DNA from: Escherichia virus TH35
DNA length: 64,000 nt
Sequence record: MT446408.1
Direction: 5' to 3' (one strand)
The notes beneath the pieces were generated by a model, which saw only the letters and a list, made by a program, of their open reading frames with translations, made no database searches and was not told the DNA's origin. The stretch's first letter is position 1. Each line of letters begins with the position of its first letter. The position numbers and the translations under genes are program-made. Below, one piece after another: positions 1 to 8,933 of the stretch.

Positions 1-1
1 G

Positions 2-196
2 GCTAATCCTTTACTACAGCCGCAGTGCATCGGTATGGGTAAGTGCGCATTCCCTCGTCACGGTAAGGCCCATTGCCCATGGTATCGTGATTGGATGGAT
101 ACCACTGCACAGCAAGAAGAATTACGCATTCAGTTTTGGAATGCAATGCCAATCACCAATAATCCAGTGGCCAAAGATGGAGTATCAAAAGGATGA
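2..196 (+). CDS. Partial CDS, 3' end of an upstream gene truncated by the window edge (C-terminal ~64 aa, Cys/His-rich)
   Basis: Open frame from window start to TGA at 194-196, overlapping ATG of next gene (ATGA); translated by eye. Confidence 0.3.
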   Translation, partial: ANPLLQPQCIGMGKCAFPRHGKAHCPWYRDWMDTTAQQEELRIQFWNAMPITNNPVAKDGVSKG

Positions 197-1065
197 GTAT
201 CAAAAATAACCAAATCTTAAACGTATTCGACCTTGACGGAACTCTGTTTGATGACCGTTGGCGCTTAGACCGCATCAAGGTGGCAGGTCCGTTGTCAGAC
301 TATGATGATTATCACAGCGGTATTGGTTATGATCAGTTCTATCCTCACATTGCATCAGCAGTAGAGTCGGCATCTCTTCGCGGTGAGGCGGTTGAATATT
401 GGACTGCAAGGCCAGAAAAATACAGACAAGTGACTTTTGAACGTCTGGACAATGTTTTTCCTTTTGATGAATTTACAATCAAGATGAGAGACTATGGCGA
501 CAAACGTCCATCAACTATTATGAAATCTGCATGGCTATCGCACGCTTTGCGGCACGGCGATTATCGAATCATCAATGTATTCGACGACCGACAAGACGTA
601 CTCGCGCGGATGCAAGATGAAGCATTGTGTTATAATTCCGTTGCTCAAAATAAAATCGCTTTTACATTTAATCTTTGCAAGGCAGGTGAAGTGGTGCAAC
701 AATTAGCAATTGATCCAAGCGCAACAGGGCAAGAAGAGACTAAGTCTGTGGAAGTTGAACAATCTCCGGCAACTGCCGCCGATATTCTTGATGCAATGGC
801 AGCAACCTTCCGTGAGCGCAACGCTGTCTATGGCGATAACGCTGTGATGGTAGGTCAGGTTATGCAAGTGCTTTTCCCTAATGGCGTGACGTTGAAAACG
901 CCGGAAGACTACCACATGTGGCATCTGTTCGAGCTTAAGATTGTCAAGCTTACACGCTTCGCAATCAGCGGCCTGAAGCACGAAGACTCTATACACGATG
1001 ATGGTGTTTACAGCGCCATGTGTGAACGTCTTGTTAACACCCATAATATTAATTTCAATAAATAG
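193..1065 (+). CDS. HAD-superfamily phosphatase-like protein with an uncharacterised C-terminal domain
   Basis: ORF track 290 aa; N-terminal FDLDGTLF motif typical of HAD phosphatases; C-terminal domain function unknown. Confidence 0.55.
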   Translation: MSIKNNQILNVFDLDGTLFDDRWRLDRIKVAGPLSDYDDYHSGIGYDQFYPHIASAVESASLRGEAVEYWTARPEKYRQVTFERLDNVFPFDEFTIKMRDYGDKRPSTIMKSAWLSHALRHGDYRIINVFDDRQDVLARMQDEALCYNSVAQNKIAFTFNLCKAGEVVQQLAIDPSATGQEETKSVEVEQSPATAADILDAMAATFRERNAVYGDNAVMVGQVMQVLFPNGVTLKTPEDYHMWHLFELKIVKLTRFAISGLKHEDSIHDDGVYSAMCERLVNTHNINFNK

Positions 1066-1094
1066 TTTACTTGTGCGTTTCGATGAGTTATCTT
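1066..1094 (+). promoter_or_regulatory. Sigma70-like promoter (TTTACT-N17-TATCTT) overlapped by inverted repeat CGATGAG/CTCATCG
   Basis: Hexamers and spacing read from sequence upstream of 1130 ATG; shares about 50 bp of similarity with element at 7996-8040. Confidence 0.4.
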
Positions 1095-1129
1095 TATCTC
1101 ATCGAAACGAAGTCCAAAAGGATAAATAA

Positions 1130-1813
1130 ATGAAAAAAGTAATTGTTGTAACTGGCTGCAATTCCGGTCTTGGTAAATCCATTTTTGACACCCTTGGCGC
1201 TTACGGTCATGAAGTTGTCGGTATTGATTTGGAGAACGGCTATGACATCCGTAACGCGAAACAGATGAAAGAGCTTCTCTCTCAATACGACGTAGAAGGC
1301 TTGATCAACTGCGCTGGCGTCAACTCCAACAACTGGTTCGAAGATGTTAACTACGAAGAGTTCAATCGCGTTATGCACACCAACGCCTTCTCTTTCGTCA
1401 ACACGACTCAGGCCGCGCTGAAAAGTCTTATTGACAACAAAGGTTTTGTGATCAACATCGTTTCCAACGCTGCGCATATTCCTATGACGTCCAGCTTGTG
1501 TTATAATGCTTCCAAGGCTGCTGCGCTCATGATTAGCAAGCAGATGGCTCACGAGCTTACGCCTAAATACGGGATCACGGTGTTCTCTATTAGTCCTAAC
1601 AAGCTACGTGGTACTGGCATGTCCAAACAGATTGAAGATGCTGTTTGCGCGACTCGCGACTGGACTCCTGAGTATGCTGCTGAATACCAGAAAAAGGCGT
1701 TGATGAATGGATTGGAGACTGAGCCGCAAGTAATTGCTGACTTCATTCGACATATCTTAATTACGGGCGCATGGCGCTTTATGTCTGGTACTGATATTCC
1801 ATTTGGGAAATAA
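1130..1813 (+). CDS. Short-chain dehydrogenase/reductase (SDR) family oxidoreductase
   Basis: ORF track 227 aa; Rossmann motif VTGCNSGLGK and catalytic YNASK (YxxxK); RBS AAGGA upstream. Confidence 0.8.
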   Translation: MKKVIVVTGCNSGLGKSIFDTLGAYGHEVVGIDLENGYDIRNAKQMKELLSQYDVEGLINCAGVNSNNWFEDVNYEEFNRVMHTNAFSFVNTTQAALKSLIDNKGFVINIVSNAAHIPMTSSLCYNASKAAALMISKQMAHELTPKYGITVFSISPNKLRGTGMSKQIEDAVCATRDWTPEYAAEYQKKALMNGLETEPQVIADFIRHILITGAWRFMSGTDIPFGK

Positions 1814-1816
1814 ATC

Positions 1817-1987
1817 ATGACTATCAAAGTTGTTGTAGAAGTGATTGGCGACTTGGCAGAAGTGAAGATTGATCAAGAAGGCGTTGGATTTGAAGTAATA
1901 AGAATCGAAAACGCAAAGATTAACCACGAGCGCGTCGGTTCCATTGAGACTTATTCCATAGAAGGCAACACAGTAATTAATCAATAA
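1817..1987 (+). CDS. Small hypothetical protein (56 aa), below ORF-track size cut-off
   Basis: ATG 1817 to TAA 1985-1987 translated by eye; fills the gap between SDR gene and next gene on the coding strand. Confidence 0.3.
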   Translation: MTIKVVVEVIGDLAEVKIDQEGVGFEVIRIENAKINHERVGSIETYSIEGNTVINQ

Positions 1988-2007
1988 TATTTAATTAAGG
2001 AAACAAA

Positions 2008-2559
2008 ATGCCACATTTTAAAATTGAACAAATCGCCCTGTCAATTCCATGTGCTCAGCGCGCACAGAATTTCCTGGCTAAAATCGGCCTGACAGAATGG
2101 TTCCATGATCACGTTGTTGCTACTGGTCGCGTATTTGAAGCTGATGTCTTTAAGGGTCAGCGCGGCGATTGCACCAACGAAGCTGACTTGCGCTTCAACT
2201 ATCAGGCTGGCAACGGCACCGATGGCGGCGCTGGTAAGCCTCTTGAGCTTGAAATTCTTGACTATACAAAAGGTTGCAACTGGATTCACGAAAACATCGA
2301 ATACATCGATGCGCACGACAATCAGGTTAGCCATCTTGGTATGCACGTGACTGCCGCTGAACTTGCTGAATGGCGTAAGTTCTTTAAAGAAGAAGGTATT
2401 CAGGTTGCACAGGAAGTTGTAACTGACTCTCATACCAACCCGAACATTGCTGGTCAACGTCGTTACAACTATGTGATCTTTGATACGCGTGAAATCATCG
2501 GCGTTGATTTGAAGTTTATCGTGCGCTTGAATCAAGACGGTACTCCGTACACTGTATAA
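2008..2559 (+). CDS. Hypothetical protein (183 aa)
   Basis: ORF track; RBS AAGGAA upstream; no confident family assignment. Confidence 0.55.
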   Translation: MPHFKIEQIALSIPCAQRAQNFLAKIGLTEWFHDHVVATGRVFEADVFKGQRGDCTNEADLRFNYQAGNGTDGGAGKPLELEILDYTKGCNWIHENIEYIDAHDNQVSHLGMHVTAAELAEWRKFFKEEGIQVAQEVVTDSHTNPNIAGQRRYNYVIFDTREIIGVDLKFIVRLNQDGTPYTV

Positions 2560-2575
2560 CGAATCGTGAATCTGT

Positions 2576-2601
2576 GGCCGTCCTAATGGGCGGCCTTTTT
2601 G
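2576..2601 (+). terminator. Rho-independent terminator (GC hairpin GGCCG...CGGCC followed by T-run)
   Basis: Hairpin plus TTTTT read directly downstream of 2559 stop. Confidence 0.55.
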
Positions 2602-2613
2602 TAGGAGGCTAAT

Positions 2614-3156
2614 GTGTTATTTCTCCCTTATGACTTCGAAACAACCGGATTGACCGTGCACCCGAAAGCGCCGCTTGGGATGCAGCCGCGCCCTATTGAA
2701 TTTGCAGGTCTGTTGACAGACGGCAAAGAGATTCTTGAAACGTTTGAATTCATAATTAATCCTGAAATCGTGATTGAAGAAATTATCACAAAGATTACCG
2801 GATTAACAAATGAAGACCTTGAGTGCAATCCACCATTCATCAATTTTGTCCCGCAGCTAAAAGAAATCTTCAAGAAGACGGATGCCACTATCGCGCACAA
2901 CCATGCGTTCGATAAAAACATTCTTGATTATGCACTACAGCGCGAAGGACTTACGCTTGATGGTGTTAATTTTCCAGAAATAAACATTTGTACAGTTGAG
3001 CAAACCTTGCCTATTTTTGGCCGAAGAGTTAAGCTTCAAGAGCTGTATGAATTATATTTCGGAAAATATGAACAGAAACACCGTGCATTAGACGACGTAA
3101 TATTACTGCACAAAGTCTGCCAACAAATTGGCGTATATGACATCTGGAGTAAATAA
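2614..3156 (+). CDS. DnaQ-like 3'-5' exonuclease (DEDD family, proofreading-type)
   Basis: ORF track 180 aa (GTG start, RBS AGGAGG); Exo I YDFETTGL, Exo II AHNHAFD, Exo III HRALDD motifs. Confidence 0.8.
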   Translation: MLFLPYDFETTGLTVHPKAPLGMQPRPIEFAGLLTDGKEILETFEFIINPEIVIEEIITKITGLTNEDLECNPPFINFVPQLKEIFKKTDATIAHNHAFDKNILDYALQREGLTLDGVNFPEINICTVEQTLPIFGRRVKLQELYELYFGKYEQKHRALDDVILLHKVCQQIGVYDIWSK

Positions 3157-6053
3157 TGTTTCCACAATTGAGAGTTCGCAGCGGTTACACGTTCAAAGAA
3201 GTTTATGGACGGCATCCTGAAATTATAGCACGGCTCAAAGAGTTGGGCTGCGAAGTCGCGGCATTAGTTGATAACAACACATGGGGTCACGTTCGCTGGG
3301 AAAAGGAATGCCAGAAAAATGATATTAAGCCTATGTTTGGGATGGAGATTCCAATCATCGACCCTGATGCGGACCCGAAAAAGGGATTCAAACCGAAGGC
3401 TTGGATATTGGCCCTTGACTTGAAATCTTTTTACAATGCTACAACACTTGCAACGCAGCGCGGTGGACTTACCCGTTCAGAGTTCGGTGCGCTCGATGGC
3501 GTCGTTAAATTCTGTGGCGGTGCCGTGGAGTTGCTGCGGCCAGAGGACTACGACTATATAGACGTCAACCCATCATCGTTCCTTTTGGCAAAGCGCCAGG
3601 CATTGGCTCATCGTAGCAGTGGAAGGCCGCTGGTTTTAACCGGATACAATCACATGCCTTCACCTGAGCACGTTGACTTTGCTTATGCGTGGGAAGTGCG
3701 CGACACGGTTAAGCCGCATTGCATCGTTGACGTTGAAGACTTGCGCAAACAGCTTAAAGGCATCTTGACTGAAGATGAACTTGATCAGGCAACGGCCAAT
3801 GCTGTGGACATCGCAAACGGCATAGTCGGGCTTGACTTGAAATTGCGTAAGGCACCGATTATTCACCTTGCTGGTGACATGGTAAAGCTTGCTCGCGAGG
3901 GTATGGAGTACCGTCTAAAAGCAGGTCACATCAAAGAATGGACTCAGGAATACGAGGACCGCTTCAACGAAGAAATTCACCAGATTCAGCTGAAAGATTT
4001 CGACTCATACTTTCTGGTGGTAGCGGACCTTGTACGATTCGCAAAAACAAAAATGCTCGTCGGTCCTGCGCGCGGCTCATCGGCTGGTTCACTTGTTTGC
4101 TATTGCCTCGGCATCACGGAAGTGGACCCAATCCCGTATAAGCTGCTGTTTGCCCGATTCATCGACGTAAGTCGCGCCGACCTTCCTGACATCGACATCG
4201 ACTTTGAAGATACCAAACGCTATATGGTGTTTGATTATCTCAAAGAGAAATACGGCGAAATGAATGTTGCAAAGCTTGGCAACATCAACACGCTTAAGGC
4301 CAACTCAGTAATGGCGCAGGTTGGTAAGAAGTTCAACATTGGATACCACGAAACGGCCAACATTAAAAACGCACTGCTTGAATACTCATCCGGTGACGCC
4401 CGTTATGGTCACGGCCTGGAGGATACCTTTGCAACAACGACCACGGGCCAAGAGTTCGTGGCGAAATATCCTGACGCCGCGCGTTGCATGGGTGACCTTG
4501 AGATTCACCCTTCCCACACAGGGGTGCACGCAGCGGGAATCATCGTGTGTAATGACCCAATCTCTGATTACTGTACTGTAACTGCGGAAGGGATTGCGCA
4601 AATCGATAAGCCTGACAGCGAGTACCTTAACCTTTTGAAGCTTGATGCACTGGGCCTTCGTACTCTCGGCATTATTTCTGATACAGGCGTTATTGATGCT
4701 GAAACGCTCTACGGAATCAAGCTTGATGATCAAAGCGTACTTGACATTCTTAACGAAAACAAGATGTCAGGCATCTTCCAGTTTGAAGGTGACGCTGTAC
4801 GCTCAGTAACAAACTTTGTGCACGTCGACAACTTTAACAAAATCGACAACCTGACAGCTTTGGGTCGACCTGGCCCGTTGTCATCCGGTATGGCCCAGAA
4901 ATACATTGAACGCGCGGCAGGGCGTGCGCCGATTGAGTACGACGTGCCGCAGCTTGAGCCGTACTTGAAAGAGACTTACGGCGTGTTTCTTTACCAAGAG
5001 CAAATCATGGCCGTGGTTAAAGAGATTGGTTCATTTGACTGGGCGAAAACGTCAGCTGTGCGTAAGGCGATGTCAGGCCGTAAGGGTGAAGAATACTTTA
5101 ACAAGCTTGGCGAGGACTTTGTTGCAGGCGCAATCAATAACGGCGTACCGGAAGCGGATGCAAGAAAGCTTTGGCAAGCGATGGCCACGTTCGGGTCATG
5201 GGGCTTTAACAAGTCACACTCCGTGTCATACGCGGTCGTGACCTACTGGACCTTGTGGCTTAAGCGACACTACCCGTTGGAATTTGCCGCTGCCTGCTTA
5301 CGCGCTGCTAAGGACGAAGACCAGACGATTGCGATATTACGTGAACTAGCGAAGGAAGGCGTGGATTATGTGCCAATCGACCCTGATCACTCTTCGATGA
5401 ACTGGACCATCGCGAACGGAAAGCTAATCGGCGGCATCATGAACGCGAAAGGATACGGAATGGTGAAGGCGATGAAGTATATCGAAGCGCGTGAAGCCGG
5501 AACCTTAACGCAAAAGCAAAAGGACGCATTGGCCAATGCTGAAGTCAAATACGGCGACCTTACAGAGATGCACACAAAGTTCGGCTGGGCGTATAATGAC
5601 CCGTATCTGATTGGTGTGACGTCCGGCGCTTCAATACGCCAGATGAAGGAAGTCGGTGATGACGAGCGTGCAATAGTAATCGGCAAGTTGACAAAGAAAG
5701 TGCTTGCAGACGAGAACGAAGCGACACGCATCCGTAAACGACTTGAGCGCGGCATCTATACAAAGCACGGCAAGCTTAAAAAAGGTCTTCAAGCTGATGG
5801 CCGCTACGCAGAGTTTGACCAGTACGGAAACAAGCTTGAGACTCAGTTCATCGACCTTATGTGCAAAGACGACTCGACCGACTCGCCAATGCGCTTCAGG
5901 ATTCGTCCAGAAAAGTTCCAGAAGTACGGGAAATACATTGCTGAAAACGTCGGGAACGGCGCATTCTTCCTGATGAAAGGTCGCAAGCTTGAAGGCATTG
6001 ACATGTTCATAGTCGACGTTATCAAACAGGTGTATCCAGATGGCAACAAATAA
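3156..6053 (+). CDS. DNA polymerase III alpha-subunit-like replicative polymerase (DnaE family, PHP domain N-terminal)
   Basis: ORF track 965 aa; conserved GSSAGSLVCYCLGIT and DLPDIDIDFE polymerase motifs. Confidence 0.9.
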   Translation: MFPQLRVRSGYTFKEVYGRHPEIIARLKELGCEVAALVDNNTWGHVRWEKECQKNDIKPMFGMEIPIIDPDADPKKGFKPKAWILALDLKSFYNATTLATQRGGLTRSEFGALDGVVKFCGGAVELLRPEDYDYIDVNPSSFLLAKRQALAHRSSGRPLVLTGYNHMPSPEHVDFAYAWEVRDTVKPHCIVDVEDLRKQLKGILTEDELDQATANAVDIANGIVGLDLKLRKAPIIHLAGDMVKLAREGMEYRLKAGHIKEWTQEYEDRFNEEIHQIQLKDFDSYFLVVADLVRFAKTKMLVGPARGSSAGSLVCYCLGITEVDPIPYKLLFARFIDVSRADLPDIDIDFEDTKRYMVFDYLKEKYGEMNVAKLGNINTLKANSVMAQVGKKFNIGYHETANIKNALLEYSSGDARYGHGLEDTFATTTTGQEFVAKYPDAARCMGDLEIHPSHTGVHAAGIIVCNDPISDYCTVTAEGIAQIDKPDSEYLNLLKLDALGLRTLGIISDTGVIDAETLYGIKLDDQSVLDILNENKMSGIFQFEGDAVRSVTNFVHVDNFNKIDNLTALGRPGPLSSGMAQKYIERAAGRAPIEYDVPQLEPYLKETYGVFLYQEQIMAVVKEIGSFDWAKTSAVRKAMSGRKGEEYFNKLGEDFVAGAINNGVPEADARKLWQAMATFGSWGFNKSHSVSYAVVTYWTLWLKRHYPLEFAAACLRAAKDEDQTIAILRELAKEGVDYVPIDPDHSSMNWTIANGKLIGGIMNAKGYGMVKAMKYIEAREAGTLTQKQKDALANAEVKYGDLTEMHTKFGWAYNDPYLIGVTSGASIRQMKEVGDDERAIVIGKLTKKVLADENEATRIRKRLERGIYTKHGKLKKGLQADGRYAEFDQYGNKLETQFIDLMCKDDSTDSPMRFRIRPEKFQKYGKYIAENVGNGAFFLMKGRKLEGIDMFIVDVIKQVYPDGNK

Positions 6054-6462
6054 CCGTGAGCAGAAATACATATTCGTGCCTTTAAAGAAGCATTCAGAGT
6101 CAGTATTGAAGCTTCAACGAATCGAGTCGATGACTGGTGATGGCGTGCCGGACGTAATCGGCACCAACCGGAAAGGGCGCGGCTTTTGGCTTGAAATGAA
6201 GTTCTTTGAATCGTGGCCTGCAAGGGCCACCACTGCACCTTTCAGAAATGCATTTGAGAAAGGTCAATGCAGCTTTCTTTCTTCGTGGAATGATTGGAAA
6301 TACCCATCATTTGTTCTGCTTAAGGTTGATTCTGAGAAGATGTTTTATTTAGTCCACCCTTCTATTGAATTAAAGCGTTATAATACTGCAGACGTTCAAC
6401 GTGAGATAATCGTGAAGGGAACTATTCATCACATCATCAAGTATTTAGAGGAATTGTCGTGA
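6040..6462 (+). CDS. VRR-NUC domain nuclease (PD-(D/E)xK fold)
   Basis: ORF track 140 aa; GVPDVIG ... GFWLEMK motif arrangement. Confidence 0.7.
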   Translation: MATNNREQKYIFVPLKKHSESVLKLQRIESMTGDGVPDVIGTNRKGRGFWLEMKFFESWPARATTAPFRNAFEKGQCSFLSSWNDWKYPSFVLLKVDSEKMFYLVHPSIELKRYNTADVQREIIVKGTIHHIIKYLEELS

Positions 6463-7982
6463 AAACACAAGGAATGCGCCACCAATTATTGGCGCTTGAT
6501 AAAGCAGGCCGCAGAAAATACTTTGCTTATTTCATGGAGCAGGGTCTTGGCAAAACCTGGACCGCTTTGGCAGAGTTTGAAAAGCATTTTACCGCTGGCG
6601 CATTTGATGCCATGGTTGTAATCGCTCCTAACGGTGTACACTCAAACTGGATTCGTCGTGAAGCACCAGAGCACCTTTCCATTAAATGGATTGGTCATTA
6701 CTGGCGCGGCAATGACAAAATGAAAACTAAAAAGGGCAAGGCGCTTTGGGAGAAGATGTTTGCTGATCACTATCCTGAAGGCGAAGTGCCTGCACGAATC
6801 TTCTCATTCAACATTGACACGGTGAACACGCCAGTCGGTTATCAACACATTGAGTCCGTACTGAAGAAGTACCGCTGTTTGATGATCATTGATGAATCGA
6901 CGCGTATCAAAAATAACACAGCCAAACGCTCCATCAAGGTTGTGGAATTGGGACGGCTGGCAAAGGCCCGTCGAATCCTTTCCGGTACGCCGCTGCCGCG
7001 CTCGCCTGCTGATATTTACATGCAGTATCACTTCCTTGAAGCTGGCTTGCTTGGCACAAAATCGTTCCGTGCATTCAACTCTGAATTTACAGTCCTGCTT
7101 GAAGCGCACGACCCAGAGATGCAGGCCATTCTCAAGAAAATCGGCGGCAACGGTTATGGCATTCCGCAAGTGCCGCGCAAAGACCATTTTGGCCGACCGA
7201 TGTACAAAAACCTTGACAAGCTTATCCGGCTGATGGAACCGCACTATTTTCGTGCGACAAAAGCGGAATACTTGCCGGACCTTCCAGAGAAGGTGTACAA
7301 GTTTATTGACTTCGAGTTGTCGCCTAAACAACGCGATGTTTACGATGAACTCAAGAATGAGTACAACTATCTGATGGAGTACAAAGGCGAAGAAGAAAAC
7401 GTTAAGTTTGAGATGATCGCATCTCGCACTAAGATGAAGCAGGTGACATCAGGCTTTGTTAAGGTGTATGATGAGATGGTCTACATGGAAGACAACCCAC
7501 GATTCACGGCCTTTAAGGACTATGTGGAAGGGGTGCTGGAAGACGACCCAGAGCGCAAATTCATTGTTTGGGCCATCTTTAAGGAAGAGATGAACCAGAT
7601 TAAGGACTGGCTTGAGTCTGAAGGCGTGGTCACTGGTGTATATAACGGTGAAACATCAAAAGAGCAGCGCGAGTTCTTGATTGATGACTTCCAGAAGAAC
7701 ACAGTTGAGAACGGTGGAACGCAAGTCTTAGTTTGTCACGCTGCAGCGGCAGGCATCGGAATCACGCTTACCGCCGCCGACTTGGCAATCTATTATTCTT
7801 GCAACTATGACAACGAGTTGCGCAAGCAATCCGAAGACCGAAATCACCGCATCGGCACCAAATCAAGCGTGTTGTATGTTGATTTTATTGGGGTTGATAC
7901 CATCGACGAAGAAATTCAGCGTTCATTGAGTATGAAGTCTATGCTTGCTGATCACATCCTCGACGGCAAAAAGATGAATTAA
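6459..7982 (+). CDS. SNF2-family helicase
   Basis: ORF track 507 aa; motif I GLGKT, motif II IIDESTRIKN, motif VI QSEDRNHRIG. Confidence 0.85.
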   Translation: MKTQGMRHQLLALDKAGRRKYFAYFMEQGLGKTWTALAEFEKHFTAGAFDAMVVIAPNGVHSNWIRREAPEHLSIKWIGHYWRGNDKMKTKKGKALWEKMFADHYPEGEVPARIFSFNIDTVNTPVGYQHIESVLKKYRCLMIIDESTRIKNNTAKRSIKVVELGRLAKARRILSGTPLPRSPADIYMQYHFLEAGLLGTKSFRAFNSEFTVLLEAHDPEMQAILKKIGGNGYGIPQVPRKDHFGRPMYKNLDKLIRLMEPHYFRATKAEYLPDLPEKVYKFIDFELSPKQRDVYDELKNEYNYLMEYKGEEENVKFEMIASRTKMKQVTSGFVKVYDEMVYMEDNPRFTAFKDYVEGVLEDDPERKFIVWAIFKEEMNQIKDWLESEGVVTGVYNGETSKEQREFLIDDFQKNTVENGGTQVLVCHAAAAGIGITLTAADLAIYYSCNYDNELRKQSEDRNHRIGTKSSVLYVDFIGVDTIDEEIQRSLSMKSMLADHILDGKKMN

Positions 7983-7995
7983 TATCAAAAATAAT

Positions 7996-8024
7996 TTGAC
8001 TTGTCACGGAAGATGAGTCATAAT
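7996..8024 (+). promoter_or_regulatory. Sigma70-like promoter (TTGACT-N17-CATAAT) with downstream GATGAG...CATCGAAACGAA box
   Basis: Read from sequence upstream of 8057 ATG. Confidence 0.5.
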
Positions 8025-8056
8025 TACTTCATCGAAACGAAACAGAGGAATACAAA

Positions 8057-8320
8057 ATGGTACGCATCCTTGAACGTTACAAAAATGAAGCTACTGGCGC
8101 AATCGCTTTCAAACGTCTTTTGGTCAAAGAAATTGACGGAATGTTTCGCATTGTTAAAGAGTTTGATTATGGCAACGGTGCTGGGGTGAATACCGTTATC
8201 ATGCCTGGCATCAAGGCGTATAAAACCTTAAAAGGCGCTGAGAAGGCTTTGTCGGCTTGGAAACCTGAACGTTATCAAATGACCCGTGTTGAAGGGCTAA
8301 TGCAAGAAGGTAAAATATGA
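8057..8320 (+). CDS. Hypothetical protein (87 aa)
   Basis: ORF track; RBS GAGGAA upstream; preferred over overlapping 8001-8189 ORF which covers the promoter. Confidence 0.6.
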   Translation: MVRILERYKNEATGAIAFKRLLVKEIDGMFRIVKEFDYGNGAGVNTVIMPGIKAYKTLKGAEKALSAWKPERYQMTRVEGLMQEGKI

Positions 8321-8874
8321 GCAATATTAATTGGGAAGATGATTTGCCGCAGGTCGCTCCTGAGAGCATTCAAGAGCGCCTTGCGCGCTTAGTATCTGAA
8401 TTGGCAGAACGCCAAGAAGCTTTGACAGAGCTTGAAGATGAAGCTGATATGCAAAAGCAGCGCATCAGTGAAATCAAGACTGTTTTACTTCCTGGCGTCA
8501 TGGATGAGCTTGGCGTGTCTGAAATCAAGCTTGAAGACAAGACCAAAATCAAGGTCGAGTCGAAAGTGAATGCTTCAATCAAGAAAGAAAACGAATTAAA
8601 AGTTTTCGATTGGCTTGTCAACAACGGTTACGGCGGCCTGATCAAGTCCAGCGTCACGGCTGAGTTCGGTCGCGAAGAAATCGAACAGGCGCAAGAGATT
8701 GTTGCCGCGCTGCGTGAAGATGGTGTTGAAGCAACGTTGAAACAAGGCGTTCATTCTGCTACACTGAAGTCATTTGTAAAAGAACAACTGGAAGCGGGCA
8801 ATCCAGTTAGTGAAGATATTAGCGTTTTTGAATACAAAGAAGCTAAAATAACCTTGCCTAAAAGCAAAAAGTAA
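8317..8874 (+). CDS. Hypothetical protein (185 aa) with N-terminal coiled-coil
   Basis: ORF track; translational coupling with upstream gene; function not assigned. Confidence 0.6.
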   Translation: MSNINWEDDLPQVAPESIQERLARLVSELAERQEALTELEDEADMQKQRISEIKTVLLPGVMDELGVSEIKLEDKTKIKVESKVNASIKKENELKVFDWLVNNGYGGLIKSSVTAEFGREEIEQAQEIVAALREDGVEATLKQGVHSATLKSFVKEQLEAGNPVSEDISVFEYKEAKITLPKSKK

Positions 8875-8933
8875 TTTAACCTTTATCTTGAAATCAGGTT
8901 GCCACGAAACTTGATACTATAGGAAAATATCAA

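Noticed and set aside
703-1044. Numerous ORFs on the strand opposite to, or nested within, confidently assigned genes (e.g. 703-1044, 1094-1552, 2041-2535, 13831-14517, 23165-23518, 60042-60554)
   Set aside because: They overlap longer ORFs with recognisable motifs and consistent operon direction, and have low-complexity Cys/Arg/Ser-rich translations typical of shadow frames
8001-8189. ORF 8001-8189 (62 aa) as the gene downstream of the helicase
   Set aside because: It begins inside the promoter hexamers at 7996-8024; the overlapping ORF 8057-8320 has a proper RBS and lies downstream of the promoter
8317-8874. Gam-like (Ku-type) DNA-end-binding protein call for the coiled-coil protein
   Set aside because: Similarity to Mu Gam is limited to general architecture (coiled-coil then beta region); not enough to assert without a search
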